DNA of 61,574 nucleotides, counting the filler, from Basidiobolus ranarum (lineage: Eukaryota): NCBI GenBank assembly GCA_040143965.1. It is 3 parts of 3 records of this genome, joined end to end, with 100 filler letters (N's around TTAATTAATTAA, not from the genome) between each part and the next. Parts side by side here need not be neighbours in the genome. Positions count along the whole stretch, not along the records: positions 1 to 20,505 come from JASJQH010007102.1; 2 more parts are not named here. One strand, written 5' to 3'. Below are positions 1 to 11,732 of this stretch, piece after piece. The notes beneath the pieces are model-generated. The model was not told where the DNA came from, searched no databases, and worked only from the letters and a program-made list of their open reading frames with translations. Each line of letters opens with the position of its first letter. The first letter of the stretch is position 1. The translations under genes were made by a program, and so were the position numbers.

Positions 1-2498
1 ATCCGGTCGTCTTGGTTAAATTCAAAGCGCGATATAGCATTACTCAGGTTTTGATACTCTTTGGGGGAATCTACTGAAACAATGTACCTCGGGGTATGAA
101 GTTCTGATGTGTCGCTAGCAGAATTAGTTGGTAATTCGTATGATTGACTACTGCTATCTGTAAAATCTTTGAGTTGTTAGTAAGTAAGTTACTAATCGAA
201 GAAAAAAAGTGAAAATTACTTGTTTCGCAAATCACTGCTAAATCCTGATCTTCTGATATTCTAGGACCAAGTGCGACTATCGACATTACTTCAATCTCCT
301 CATGTGTGGCGGTCGAAGAGTTCAATACGTTAGGTTTTGCTTTAGCTGAACCCTGAAGTCGGTTAGTTCTTTTGTTGGGTAAACCTTCATCTTCCTTTGA
401 TGGCGATTTGGCTGTCCTACAGCGCTTTATTCTGGTATCAGACACTGTAGTAACTGTATGTAATTAACGATAATGACTGGCTAAATATATCTGAAAAAAT
501 AGTGTCATACTGGTATTGAGCTTCTTGCTTGTGTCGTGAGTGGGCATATTACTAGTACATTCGTTAGCAAAACTCTTGTCTTTGGTGTTTGCAATCTCCA
601 GAGTACTCTGTGTGATTTAGAGTGAGTAAAAACTCTCAAAATTCCAAGAGAAAAACATACCTTAGATTCGTCTAACAATGGTGTTTTGATTGTTCTTTCC
701 GGCCATTTTATACCAAAAATCTTTTCGTGCCGCTCGCATCGCCGACAAATGTCTTCATCTTCAGCTCCTTTCATGTTCATAACCATTGAATCACCCGAGA
801 AAAGTGTATCATCTACCCAAATCTCTTGACAAACGGAGCAGACAATAGTGCACGATTTAATGGTATTGAGAATGTGAGAGAGACCAAAGTTATGATCCCC
901 ATGAGAATTATCCTTCATTAAGATATTCGCTTGATTCTTTCCTCTTCCATTGGAAGTTTTAATGTTCACTAGCTTTGTAATTTGATCAAGTAAATCGGAG
1001 CTGGCTGTGATAGCTTTTGTGCTATCCAAGCTGATTAACTGAGACAGTTTTGTAAGACCTAAAACACCTACATCCTGCGCGTTATCGAAAGAATAGTCTT
1101 TGTTCTTTAAGAGTTCATATATCATTTCATATTTGGTTCTCTGCCCATCATGGCGATGCTCTGCTTTCAATTTCGATTTCGATTTCGTAGTTAAATCATC
1201 AGTATAGCCGACTAAAAGTGACTCGTGAGAACTCCAACCGATAACATACAAGATTTCTATTTATTACCTTTACAGCTACGTTTTCGAATACTTCGTCTAT
1301 GGCTACGCTCATGTTCGCTTTCCTCTAGAATGCTTTCAATAGTAGGCTTGAACGCACCTTCACTTACTCTAAAATATCAATCCTTATTAAACTTCTTTTT
1401 CCGATATGCAAATACTACACTATAAATCCAATCCAATTTGATACCTTTCGCATGTAGCACATTGACATTCGCAGTTTTTGGTGCCGAAATAATTTCCACC
1501 ATAATACGTAGTAATTTCTTCGCCAATTTCGATAGACCTAACTACCTTCAGACAAATCCCATCTGGACCAAATGGCTCAAACTATTACCAAGTTAGAGAA
1601 TAACCTGCAGTGCCTAGAATGCATTACATAAGATAAATACCTCGCAATTGGAATTACAATCATGCTAAAATAAAAGATTTTCGAAACGAAGGAAATATCA
1701 GTGGATTGTTAATGAACCGTTATGTAAAAGTGTGGAAATTCAATAAGAAAATCCACCTCTAACTTACATTTACAAAGCGTGCTGGGCCGAGGAAAAGACA
1801 GTAACTATTTTTTCTACTTGACCACATAACACTGAAATCCATCTTCTTCTTCTCCAAATTTTGTAATTCTTTCTCTGTCAATATAGCGACTCCTCCACTA
1901 CAACATCGAATCTCTTCCCCAATTTCCCAACGTTTGGTTGCAATTACAGAGGCCTCAGTTTTACTGGTTCGATATCGATGTGTTTGGCTAATTTCAAATC
2001 CAGCTTCTGGATGATATATTGAAAGATACCTCCGTGAATGACTGAAGAAACCCACCAACAAAGGAATTGAATAGAAAATGAGTACATATTTAAAGGCATT
2101 CAATCATATTTATACTAAGTTAGACAACGAGATACATACTCTATAAAGCCTTTTGTGTCCTCTGGATTCTTCTTTCGTAAGAAAATCTTGATGTAATCAA
2201 GGCTAGAATTTGATAGACAGGTTTTAACTTAATCTCTGTATATACTATGATTGTAGTACGGTTAAAAAGAAACTTGGTAAAGTAAGATTAATAAATACCT
2301 TAGTAACCGTTGAATTGCGGAATCTATCGATCGTTTAGAAACAATATTATCCTGAACAATGTTGACCACATCCTCTATCTTCACACGAGTAGAACGTCGA
2401 TTTGGGTTCATTTTATGAGTTTGAAACCAAAGAAATAATGAATCCACCAAGATATCGCTAAGTAAATCATCATATTTTGACAACGTCTCCAACTTCAT
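1..2498 (-). CDS. set9: Histone H4K20 methyltransferase Set9/SUV4-20 family, multi-exon, runs off the window start
   Basis: Starts MKLETLSKYDDLLSDILVD (ATG at 2498). SET motifs KMDFSVMWSSRKNSYCLFLGPARFVN and GEEITTYYGGNYFG..CECQCATCE are present, plus C-terminal CRRCERHEKIFGIKWP. After a GT-AG intron at ~158-219 the frame stays open to position 1. Confidence 0.88.
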
Positions 2499-3007
2499 TC
2501 CACCTATTGAGAACACTCGCTCAAGGGAATACAATACAACAAGAGGATTAACTAGAAAGTTGATCTAAAAGAGATATCGTTACAACTGAGAGAGAATCGT
2601 TTATGAATTAACCAACAAAAATATAAACTGCTCGTCTTGAGCTTGAGAGTAAATTCACAACACAAGTTTGTTATGTTTCTAGCACGTAGCAATCAGAAAA
2701 AAAATATGTTGCACTGCCTGAACCAATCATAAGATCATCAATATTCATCTATCTATACAGTTGAATATGTTTCAATATTGAATTGTAAGAAAGAATCTAT
2801 GTTTTTATTGCAATACAAATGTGTACATATACATAATATCCGGAATAAATATCAATCGCGCGAAGTAGATAGAATGAGCTATGGAAAATACCTATTATCA
2901 TACATGCACACAATGAGATAGGGTTGCCGAGGCTTCATCATGGCATCAGACAGAAGATTTAATAGGAATAGATACTATATTAGTCCAGCAAATATTTAAC
3001 CGCAAGT

Positions 3008-3433
3008 CTATTGCTCTCTCGAATCTAACATAGTTCTAATTTTCTCCACTCGTTTGGTTAGATTCTTGGCCAATTCTTTTTTACCTAGAAGTTCGTTCAC
3101 TTGAACCAATTTTTCAAGCACTTCCAATTCAAGTTCTGAAGGATCTTTCCTTTTTTTTAGCCCCAAGCAGCGATTAAAAGAGAATTCAGCTTTAACTATA
3201 TTCCCTGTTTCTAAATATGCCGTAGCAAGATTCCAATATGCATCGGCTTGTACACGCCGTACCAGTTTATCATGTGCTTTGCTTGGAAGATTTTCTATTA
3301 TTGATGTGACTTGAGCAAATAAAGGGATTGCTTCTTGATGCTTTCCTTCTTGTTGAAATTTTAAAGCTGCATCGGAGAATATTTTCACCTGTAGAAGTAC
3401 ATCAAAAGGTAAATTAGCATTAGAATCACCCAT
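3008..3433 (-). CDS. Small TPR-repeat protein
   Basis: Single ORF (MGDSNANL...) with TPR-like helices (AYWNLATAYLETGNIVKAEFSFNRCL). Confidence 0.65.
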   Translation of the reverse strand: MGDSNANLPFDVLLQVKIFSDAALKFQQEGKHQEAIPLFAQVTSIIENLPSKAHDKLVRRVQADAYWNLATAYLETGNIVKAEFSFNRCLGLKKRKDPSELELEVLEKLVQVNELLGKKELAKNLTKRVEKIRTMLDSREQ

Positions 3434-4525
3434 GACAAGACACAAGTGATGTTAAATCCGCAGACTGATTTTCTCTCTAAATGTTTGCATGTCATTGATC
3501 ACGTGATCGTACGATTATCAATTCATTTTCAAGAAATCGATTACATTATCTTGTGTTGGGTATTCATCAAAATACGTTTAGTGCTTATGATCAGCTCAGT
3601 AGAGATTCACATGCCATCATGCTTCGACACGTGGGGAACAATAAAGGTTTAATTATTCTGATTTGGCGGTTACCCCAGGTTGTTTCATTATCTTTGGAGT
3701 AGTGGTTTAACTAAACTCATGCTAGCAAGATCCAACGTGTAGGTTGCGAGCGAACAACATCTGAACATCTACGATACCCGTATCCGAATAGTTAGAACTC
3801 CCCTTTAAAGAAGCATTCTTCTCGAACACCACGGGCTCAGCTGAAATTTTGAATCGATACAAAAGATAGGCTTAGCTCTATTCTTTTCCAGGCATACGGG
3901 AATTTATGTCCGAAGTAAAGGTGTTCGTTTCCTGTTCACCCCGTTATGGGCAACTTCAATATGGAGAAATAAAAGTAGGTATTAACTGGTAAGTTTGGAC
4001 TGAATTTGGTACTCATCTTGTGAATGGTATTCTACTTGATTGCATTTCTATATATATATAATAGTACAAATGTGTATAGCTTCACCACTTGCAAGCTTCT
4101 TACTACTGATGGCGTATCGGATTGACTGGGCAGATCTGGACATTGATGATTATTTTCGTGCCATTGGACGCCAATTGAAGTTCTACTATTCGAGGACCGA
4201 GATATCCTTGCGATAGCTTGATTGTGCAATTCTCGGAACTGGGTAAATTTACTATCGACATACTTGACTGATTGCTCTATCCTAAAGAAAGGTGCTTATT
4301 AACTTGTGAATCTAATCCCAGCAGTAGCAAGACTAACATCTCCCCCAGCGGAGACATAGTAATCATATACTTATGAATATCTTTATTCTCCGCTTTGATT
4401 CTGTTACTGCGAGCTTCATACAGTATTTTTACTCTGTTTTATTTATTTGGAAATAAAAAATTCCATCATCCAATGAAAAGTCTCTATTTTCACTCAAAAC
4501 TTTCCAAATATGGTAAGGACGAGTA

Positions 4526-4607
4526 AATAATACAGAGAGGCGGGTTAATGATACTGAAAAGTGACCGCGGTTTTTTCAGTATCATTAACTCACCTCTCTG
4601 TATTATT
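4526..4607. repeat. Near-perfect inverted repeat / hairpin (35-bp arms, 12-nt spacer)
   Basis: 4526-4560 AATAATACAGAGAGGCGGGTTAATGATACTGAAAA matches the reverse complement of 4573-4607 with 2 mismatches. The spacer is GTGACCGCGGTT. Confidence 0.95.
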
Positions 4608-4684
4608 AAGTCCGTAGTCGTACAAGCACTAGTTCAATCAAAGTTTAATTTGTCAAAGCCTTTCTTCTTTTTTTTAAACCACTT

Positions 4685-5490
4685 ATGAAGTCATTAGCTA
4701 CTAAAAAAGTCACCTTCAAGCGACGCCTAATTGAAGGGTTGCCTAGAAAAGTACGTGCCAGCACCGCAATGAGTTATAGAACGCCTTTAGAACATTGGAA
4801 GGTACGCTTCGATTCTACCTCCTTCGGGATCATATTAAACATATGAATTTTTTTCTAATATCAACTTAATCAAAGAGCTTTTGCGAGAAAAACCGAAGCG
4901 GATATCCTGTTGACCCACTGTACCCTTATACAGTTGATCCTACTGAATTCGTTGTAGCTTTTTTCAAGGAATTTGTACTTAAGCGTGCCTACAAAAAAGC
5001 TATTTCAACAGAATCTGAAATCAGAACTCAAATTGGCTTACAAACGGAGGAAAACGATGACACCCAACAACTCTCCCTAATTCAAAGTAATGTACAAAGC
5101 TATCGACATTTTTAATGATATTCAATTAACCTCTTTTTTTTATTCAACTAGTGGCAGAGAATGCACCATCAAGCAAAAACGGGGGAAAAATTGTTGAAGT
5201 CCCCATTGGGATTGAGGCCGTCAATCAATACAAGAAAGCATTGATGTATCTTCACGATTTTCAGTCTGAACGCCGGAAAGTTGAAGGGCCATCACCAAAA
5301 GAAACAAAAGAAGTGATTGAAATTATTAAGAAGTATGAGCATGATCTTGTCTATGACCAGGTGTACGGTGTCATATAAAATTGGCCAGTTTATTGAAATT
5401 TTGCTTGACTTGTGGTGCTCAACCGGCAAACATCATTTGCGGGAAAGGTTTTCAATTTCTGCTCGTCACCACATGCTTCTTCGCCTTATG
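4685..5490 (+). pseudogene. Crypton-type tyrosine recombinase (Ndc10/Gcr1-related), N-terminal half only, frameshifted and truncated
   Basis: Spliced exons 4685-4801, 4876-~5086 and 5152-: ...STAMSYRTPLEHWK/SFCEKN...TEFVVAFFKEFVLKR...IGIEAVNQYKKALMYLHDFQ... then, after a frameshift, IEILLDLW..HHLRERFSISARHHMLLR. This resembles the fungal Crypton core-binding domain and the first catalytic Arg box. No later catalytic motifs are visible. Confidence 0.62.
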
Positions 5491-5903
5491 AAGCGTGTTT
5501 TTCAGTATAATATATCCTTTATTTCTTATTCAGTGGTTATTTAATATGCTCATAATAAAGCTTATGTTATAAATTGTCCATGGAATTTGTGTAAACTGTA
5601 CTCACTACCGTCTTTTGTTTTAGCCTCGCCGTGCTCTCTCTTCGCTCAATTTTGGGAGCAAATGCTTATCTTATTTAAATGTGAAAGTAAAGTTGTAGAA
5701 AACAATTAAGTCTTGATAAGTGCTATTGATAGTCATATGCTATACTCAAATGTATATATCTGTATATATTTATATACTTGTTGACTACATGCTTTTTTAA
5801 AAAAAAAAGATAAAGTGAATGCTGGCGTATATATCAAAATTGGACAGCCTTTCACGATTAATTTACTTTTCTTCCTTACTTTGATTTCTTTTTATCACAA
5901 AGC

Positions 5904-8900
5904 ATGAAGCACAAGAAGAAATATCAGTTACATACTTACGACGAAGAAACTTTTGAAGAAAATGATAAGCCTGTATGGCATGGTATCAAGAGAGATGGTA
6001 GCCCTACAGAATTGCAGTCAAAGAAGAAGCGTGGATCTAAAAGCGAGCAAGCAGACAAACGCCTGATTTTACAAGACACCTTAGACAATGAAATACAATT
6101 TCGTTTGAAAAACAAAATCAGAGCATGTCTGAATCAAAACAAGAGTGTAGAGGATTTGAAGAAAGCCTGCCTCGATATGAAGAGAATAGAGAGAGACACT
6201 GTGGCTGATGCGGAGAGAAAAGCTGGTCTTGATTACGGCTCTATAACATCCTATATACGAAATAGCCAGAAAGCAAACATCACCTTCTGGACTGACGTTG
6301 TAAACAGCCACTTCGATGAAATGGTTCTCCTAGTGAGGCTGGAGCTATCTACCATATCCGACAGTATGAAGGGTTCTTCTAGCAGAGCTACAGCGGACTC
6401 TGACACTATGGAAGCCGAAGTTGACGACATTATTAAAATTGTTGGTTGTCCCAAGAGTAGTACAAGAGTCTGCACAGCACCTTTCAAAAAAATGATAAGA
6501 CCTGATCTTCCTACGGACATAAAGGAATGGATTGAGGAAGTATTTAAAAATACTATAAACGGTGTCAATGACTACTTGATAGAGTTAGGAATAACTGTCT
6601 ACAAGCTTTTGCTGACTTTAACAGACCATACTCATTTTATGCATGGAGAGGAAATCAAACTTGTTCAGCAAAATGGGGCGCCTTTAAGCGCAGTTCTACC
6701 TTCCTGGTGCCTGCAAAGTCAAAGCGATGGGTCTCTGCCTCCACCAATGAGCCTTAACTGTACTCGCAATGAAAACTTCAACAATAGTTTGAGCGAACTT
6801 TTTAATAGCTCTCAGTTTAGTATAGTGAACTCAAACTATTTTGGAAAAAAGGGGGCACAAAAATCATCTATGGATAGCAATCATATGCTGAAGGCGTTTC
6901 TGGATGAAGTTCCAAAGAATGAAGAACAACAGCAAATAGATACCAATGTTATGAGGCTTGCCGCAGCCCAATACATAGTAAATTTCATCAATATGTCCAG
7001 CAATCAAAAACGGTTTTACAAGACACTTGACAAGCGTTTTGCTAAATATACATTTGGCACCAAAAAAAGAACAACAACGCAAAGACTTTTTACTAAACAA
7101 AGAACAAAACCGAAAAGAAAATATCAAATATATCAAAAATCTTGATATCAGAATTGCACACAGGTCATACAACAATATTAGACGTATCTTCAAAACGACC
7201 GACAAACAATCTATAAAGAGAAGGCTAAAAATGATCATTCAAACCTAGCGAAATGGAATGACAAATTGAGTAAGTCAGAAAAACGTGAAAATTATTTAGC
7301 CAAAAGACTTAATTATGAAGTATGTGTTATCAAGGATAGGGAATGCAAATATTGTACTGATTTGATTTCATATGATAGCGCCTAATTTTAAAGTCCAACG
7401 ATTGTAAAAATACCCCTACCAAGGTCCAAGAAGAAAATGAACTGGAGGACAGTGATACAGATCTTACAAGTGAGAGAATTTCAGATTTAAAAGACATTAT
7501 CAAAGGAATACTCTTAAGGGGCAATGATAAAGCTGTTTTGACAGAGAGTGACTTAAGTAGCTCTGGGAATAATTTGATCGGTGAAGAGGCAAAAGTAGTT
7601 CTTCTCATACTCAATACCATTTACCCTTATATCCCTAAAAAGGGGAAAAGATACTTATTTTCGTACCAATTGCCCTTCCTTCTTATGGCCAACCAACTGT
7701 TCAGAACGACTAACTATCACAAATACAAGGTGAAGTTGTGCCCTTTGACCAAACCAGGCTCGTTGAGGTCTATTCGTCTTGACTCTGCATGCTTGTACAG
7801 TTTATTTTCTTCCGAAAGTGTGACATTCAAGCGTCTGGTATTATATGATAATGAACACAAACAAATAACTTCCAAGGACAAAGCATTGCAACAAAAGAAC
7901 GCAGTGTTCGGATCGTTCTTTTCTTTGAAAAAATTGTTTGATGTGTGCTATGAATATGGACTTGCTTTCGACCATTCCATTGTTCTTCTTCCCGTACAAT
8001 GGAGAAGTTTAAATCCCACTTGAAACTGTTCAATATATACCCTTAAAAATCGTAAAAAGCTAAGCTCACCACCGTGTATTAGATGAGGTTCAGTTTGACG
8101 ACTATGACAAAAAAATGTCGTCTTTACCCAAGACTATTGTTACAAAGTCTGAAGAAGTTAAACAAAGATCTGGTAATTATCGACGCGAGAATTCGCTATC
8201 TAGGAGGAAAAATTCAACTGTTGGAAAAGACGTTAAAACTCTCAAGCCTACAAGACGCATCAACCATTTCTGACTTGGAAAGACGATTAAAAATTAACTT
8301 GGAGCATAGGGATACCTTGCGCTCGTTTTATTATTCTGACAAAATGGCAAAGCTAAAAAGAACAAACGAGCTACTGTTAAAGCGGACCAAGGATAGACTT
8401 TGCGCAGAAGAAAGAAAAAAAGCAGCTGGATTCTTATGTCCTCATGTTTATTGGTGACCGTGGTCACGGGATTGGAAGCAGAATTAAGGGGCACGTCAAG
8501 TACGGAGGGAAATGGAAGGAAACCATTCATAGTAGATATACATCCGTTTTCGTTACAGACGAGCACAATTCCTCACAGACATGTGTGTTTTGCTTCGAAA
8601 AGCTTGCGCATCCAACTAGAATTGTATCAAGAAACGATAAATTGCAAGTGAAGGAGGTGAAAGGAACCTTTCGTTGTTTAATTGAAAAATGTATTCTGAG
8701 TTTCTTCAACAACACTCATAAAGGAAGAGACTCGGTATCTGCATTTGCAATTGGATTAGCGGGAGCCTCAAATGTTCTCTTGGAGAGCTGCTTTCCTGCC
8801 TTTGACCCAGGGATATTGATTAACCAAACGCACAGAAAAAAATTTAAAGAAATAGCTGAAGCTTTCTTGAAAGAAAACGCTTTGAAGTATCTCTCCGGTG

Positions 8901-8917
8901 GAGAAAATACTCTTTGA
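5904..8917 (+). pseudogene. Fanzor1 (eukaryotic TnpB-like RuvC RNA-guided endonuclease), multiply frameshifted
   Basis: C-terminus FIGDRGHGIGSRIKG, RuvC-II TDEHNSSQTC (E at 8561), zinc ribbon CVFC...CLIEKC, RuvC-III GRDSVSAFAI (D at 8729); upstream LRSFYYS and VLLNIHLAP segments. Intron at 7320-7378. Frame breaks near 7035, 7195, 7995, 8240 and 8420. Confidence 0.85.
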
Positions 8918-9010
8918 GGTAAGCTGACTTTGGCTATTTTCGTATATTATGTTCAGGACTAAACATCACTGTTGTTTTTTCTCTTTACTCAATTACGCCT
9001 TTCGGTAATT
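8860..9010 (+). ncRNA. Putative Fanzor omega-RNA scaffold region
   Basis: Position overlaps and follows the Fanzor stop codon. Hairpins at 8863-8876, 8886-8911, 8949-8966 and 8991-9010. Support is positional plus short stems only. Confidence 0.3.
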
Positions 9011-9270
9011 TCTAGTTGTTATACCGTTACAGTATTGTTTTTTGATGGATTTAGTATATAAATGCGATCATAAAAAATCAAATATTTGAATGATTTGCAT
9101 TATCGGCCATATCAGTTTACAAATAAATTTATTCGTTGGTACATTGTCTATTGACAAATATATTAACCTTAGGTTCTGGGAGAATTGATTTTCTGTTCAT
9201 TTGACTTTATATCTTCAATACCAACTACCTTCTCTTTCTATTAAACTAAAACACTATTACCCCTCGCCCG

Positions 9271-11732
9271 ATGTCGAGGAGTCCTGAAATGTGCTCTCCA
9301 CCTGAGAGCCCTCCGCAATCTCGAATAAGCTCGCCTTCGATTTCAAGTATACATGCATCTATACTTTCAACTTCTTTATTCCCACCTAGAAATTCAACAT
9401 CAAAGAAAGATGATCTTCACCAAATGCAAGAAAAAGACCCATTAGCTACTGAAATATGGCGCTTATACAGTAAAGCGAAAGATAATTTACCTAATGGCGA
9501 GCGTTTAGAAAATCTAACTTGGAGGATGATGGCCATGACATTGAAAACTCGGAAAGAGGAAGTAGCAAGAGCTAGATCTATCACTCCTACTTCTAACGGA
9601 ACCAGCAAAGTATATACCAACAGACAAGATTCTACTGATTTCATTCTAGAACGACAAGTGACTTCTACCAACTTTGATACTTCTAGCAGAGATTGCGAAG
9701 TTTCAAACATTAAAAAAGAAAACTATTCACTCATCCAATCTGAAAAGACGGACCCCTCCAATGATATTGCGCTAATGAAAAACCCGACTGAAGGATCTTT
9801 CGGTCTTAATACAGTCACTTTGAACCATAACTATCTAACAAGCAAGGGCCATTTGGTATTATTATTCTTATTGACGTAGCTTTTTCAATAGAATCTAACA
9901 TTTTTTCTCTGTACCTTGAAAAGAATTTCACCAAGCCAATGCCAGTAGACAACTCCATATCGTCTTTGAATGCAGATATCCAAAACAATTCGACTTTAAC
10001 ACCAAAACTGGACACTTTCAATTTTTTGGAAAATAGCACTACTTCTATGGGACACCTAAGTGACCTTTCTACTGCAAGTAATGGATCTTCATCAATGAAG
10101 ACATCCAATAATTTTAGCACACTTTCGATAGGCAGTGGATTTGATTTCTCGCCTAACGAAGTAAACTCTTCTGCCAACCATACTGCTCAGTATTTTCCTG
10201 AACTCAACAATCAATCCAACCTAAACTTTATGAATCTCATGGATTCTGATACATACTCTGCAATCGAGAATCCAGATATGTATAACAGCTCACTTCCTAC
10301 ACCACCTCATTCCCAAAGCTTCTCTACCCTGAAAAGTTTCCCATTCACCTCAGGGACGAGCGCTAATCCCTCGTCTAGTCATATCGTAAGAGCATTTCCC
10401 TCTATTCAAATTGCCGAAGATCCTCCCGAACCACCTAGGAACCTACCTCATTATCAAAATATTGAAGAAAAGAATGGAAATATGAATGGGTTGAACTCGA
10501 TTGAACCTGTTGAAAAATCAACTTTAAAAGCCAGCAGTAAATCTAAGCGAAATGTTACCCCATCCAACAGTAATGAAAATCCAAGTTGCTCCAATTGTAA
10601 AACAACAACAACCCCGTTGTGGAGACGCAATCCTCAAGGAGGGCAGCCTTTATGTAATGCATGCGGTTTATTCTTGAAACTTCATGGTATCGTTAGACCA
10701 CTCAGTTTGAAAACGAATGTGATTAAAAAACGAAACCGTAATCCAGCTAAAGACAGTAAAGGAGTGTCAAACGGGAATGCTACCGGATCACAAACCAATG
10801 GAGCCCCCAAGGATATTGCTCTTGGTAATACCCATTTGCCAGATCCAATTGATAACAATACAAATAATCCAAGGTTGAACGAAGTGTCAAACTCACTTGG
10901 TTTTGAGAGCGCCAATGATCCTAACCGCTCTTCGGTTAGTACTATTGTTCCGAATAAACGGCCTCGTCAACTTTCCTTCGACGAATCACTCGAAAGTAGT
11001 CATCCTACGCAACTCGATGTTTCTAACAGTTTACCCCCACTCGGTGTTCAGACGCAAGGCATCGCCGAGCAGATTAATGACTTGAATGACGTTGCTAGAG
11101 TTGCAGCTATCTCCAGCCAAAGGTCAACAAATCTACAACAGTTGAAGCAACTTCAATTATTACAAGCCCAGAAACAAACGATAGCTCATCAACCAGCAAA
11201 CTTGTGCTTATCAGGCGATAATATTCCCGACAACGCAGCCGAAATCGATTTGATCGATATTTCTTTTGCCGGAGCACAACAAAACACTCAGCCACTTGGA
11301 GACGGTCAACTCAATGTATTCAATCAGCAAGTAGATTCATTACACCACCACAATGCCCAAAGCACCGTTGTAGTCTCACCAGAGAATATTCCTCCGTACA
11401 TTGTCTCCCCTGATATCGGCATGATTCCATTCCATGCACCAGTCACCGCCTCTCTTCCACCAAACCCCAGTTTGAATGGAATGAACTCAGGACTGAATAC
11501 CTCAACATTTAATGCAATCAATATTTCCAATAACGACGTTGCAAGGTCTATGGGGGCTGATAATCTAAGCAGCTTTGGTGACAACATGGGTGTAAGTGAC
11601 TATTTTGGCGCAGGCGCGCTTTGGACAGGAGCGACGGAACGGGAATCAGTCAATAATGAAATATTTACTTATCGCTACGACTACGAAGACGATATGAACA
11701 TGTTTGCCTCGGGGTCTATTTGGTTCAAGTGA
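9271..11732 (+). CDS. areA: AreA/Nit2-type GATA transcription factor (DUF1752 + GATA zinc finger)
   Basis: [27 protein letters not shown] domain and [41 protein letters not shown]. An intron at 9856-9923 (GT..CTAAC..AG) joins the two ORFs in frame. Confidence 0.85.

Larger units (their letters stand above)
4526..9010 (+). mobile_element. Decayed Crypton-Fanzor composite element (boundaries approximate)
   Basis: Hairpin, tyrosine-recombinase fragment and Fanzor pseudogene lie in tandem on the + strand, between unrelated host genes. Confidence 0.65.

Noticed and set aside
3850-4230. Weak resemblance to the non-LTR RT thumb region on the minus strand
   Set aside because: No diagnostic motif; too degenerate to call.
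4521-8990. GAGTAAA (4521) / TTTACTC (~8984-8990) as terminal inverted repeats of the Crypton-Fanzor element
   Set aside because: Only 7 bp in AT-rich DNA; not distinguishable from chance.
9061-9101. Imperfect palindrome upstream of areA (core TCAAATATTTGA)
   Set aside because: Short and AT-rich; no function can be assigned.
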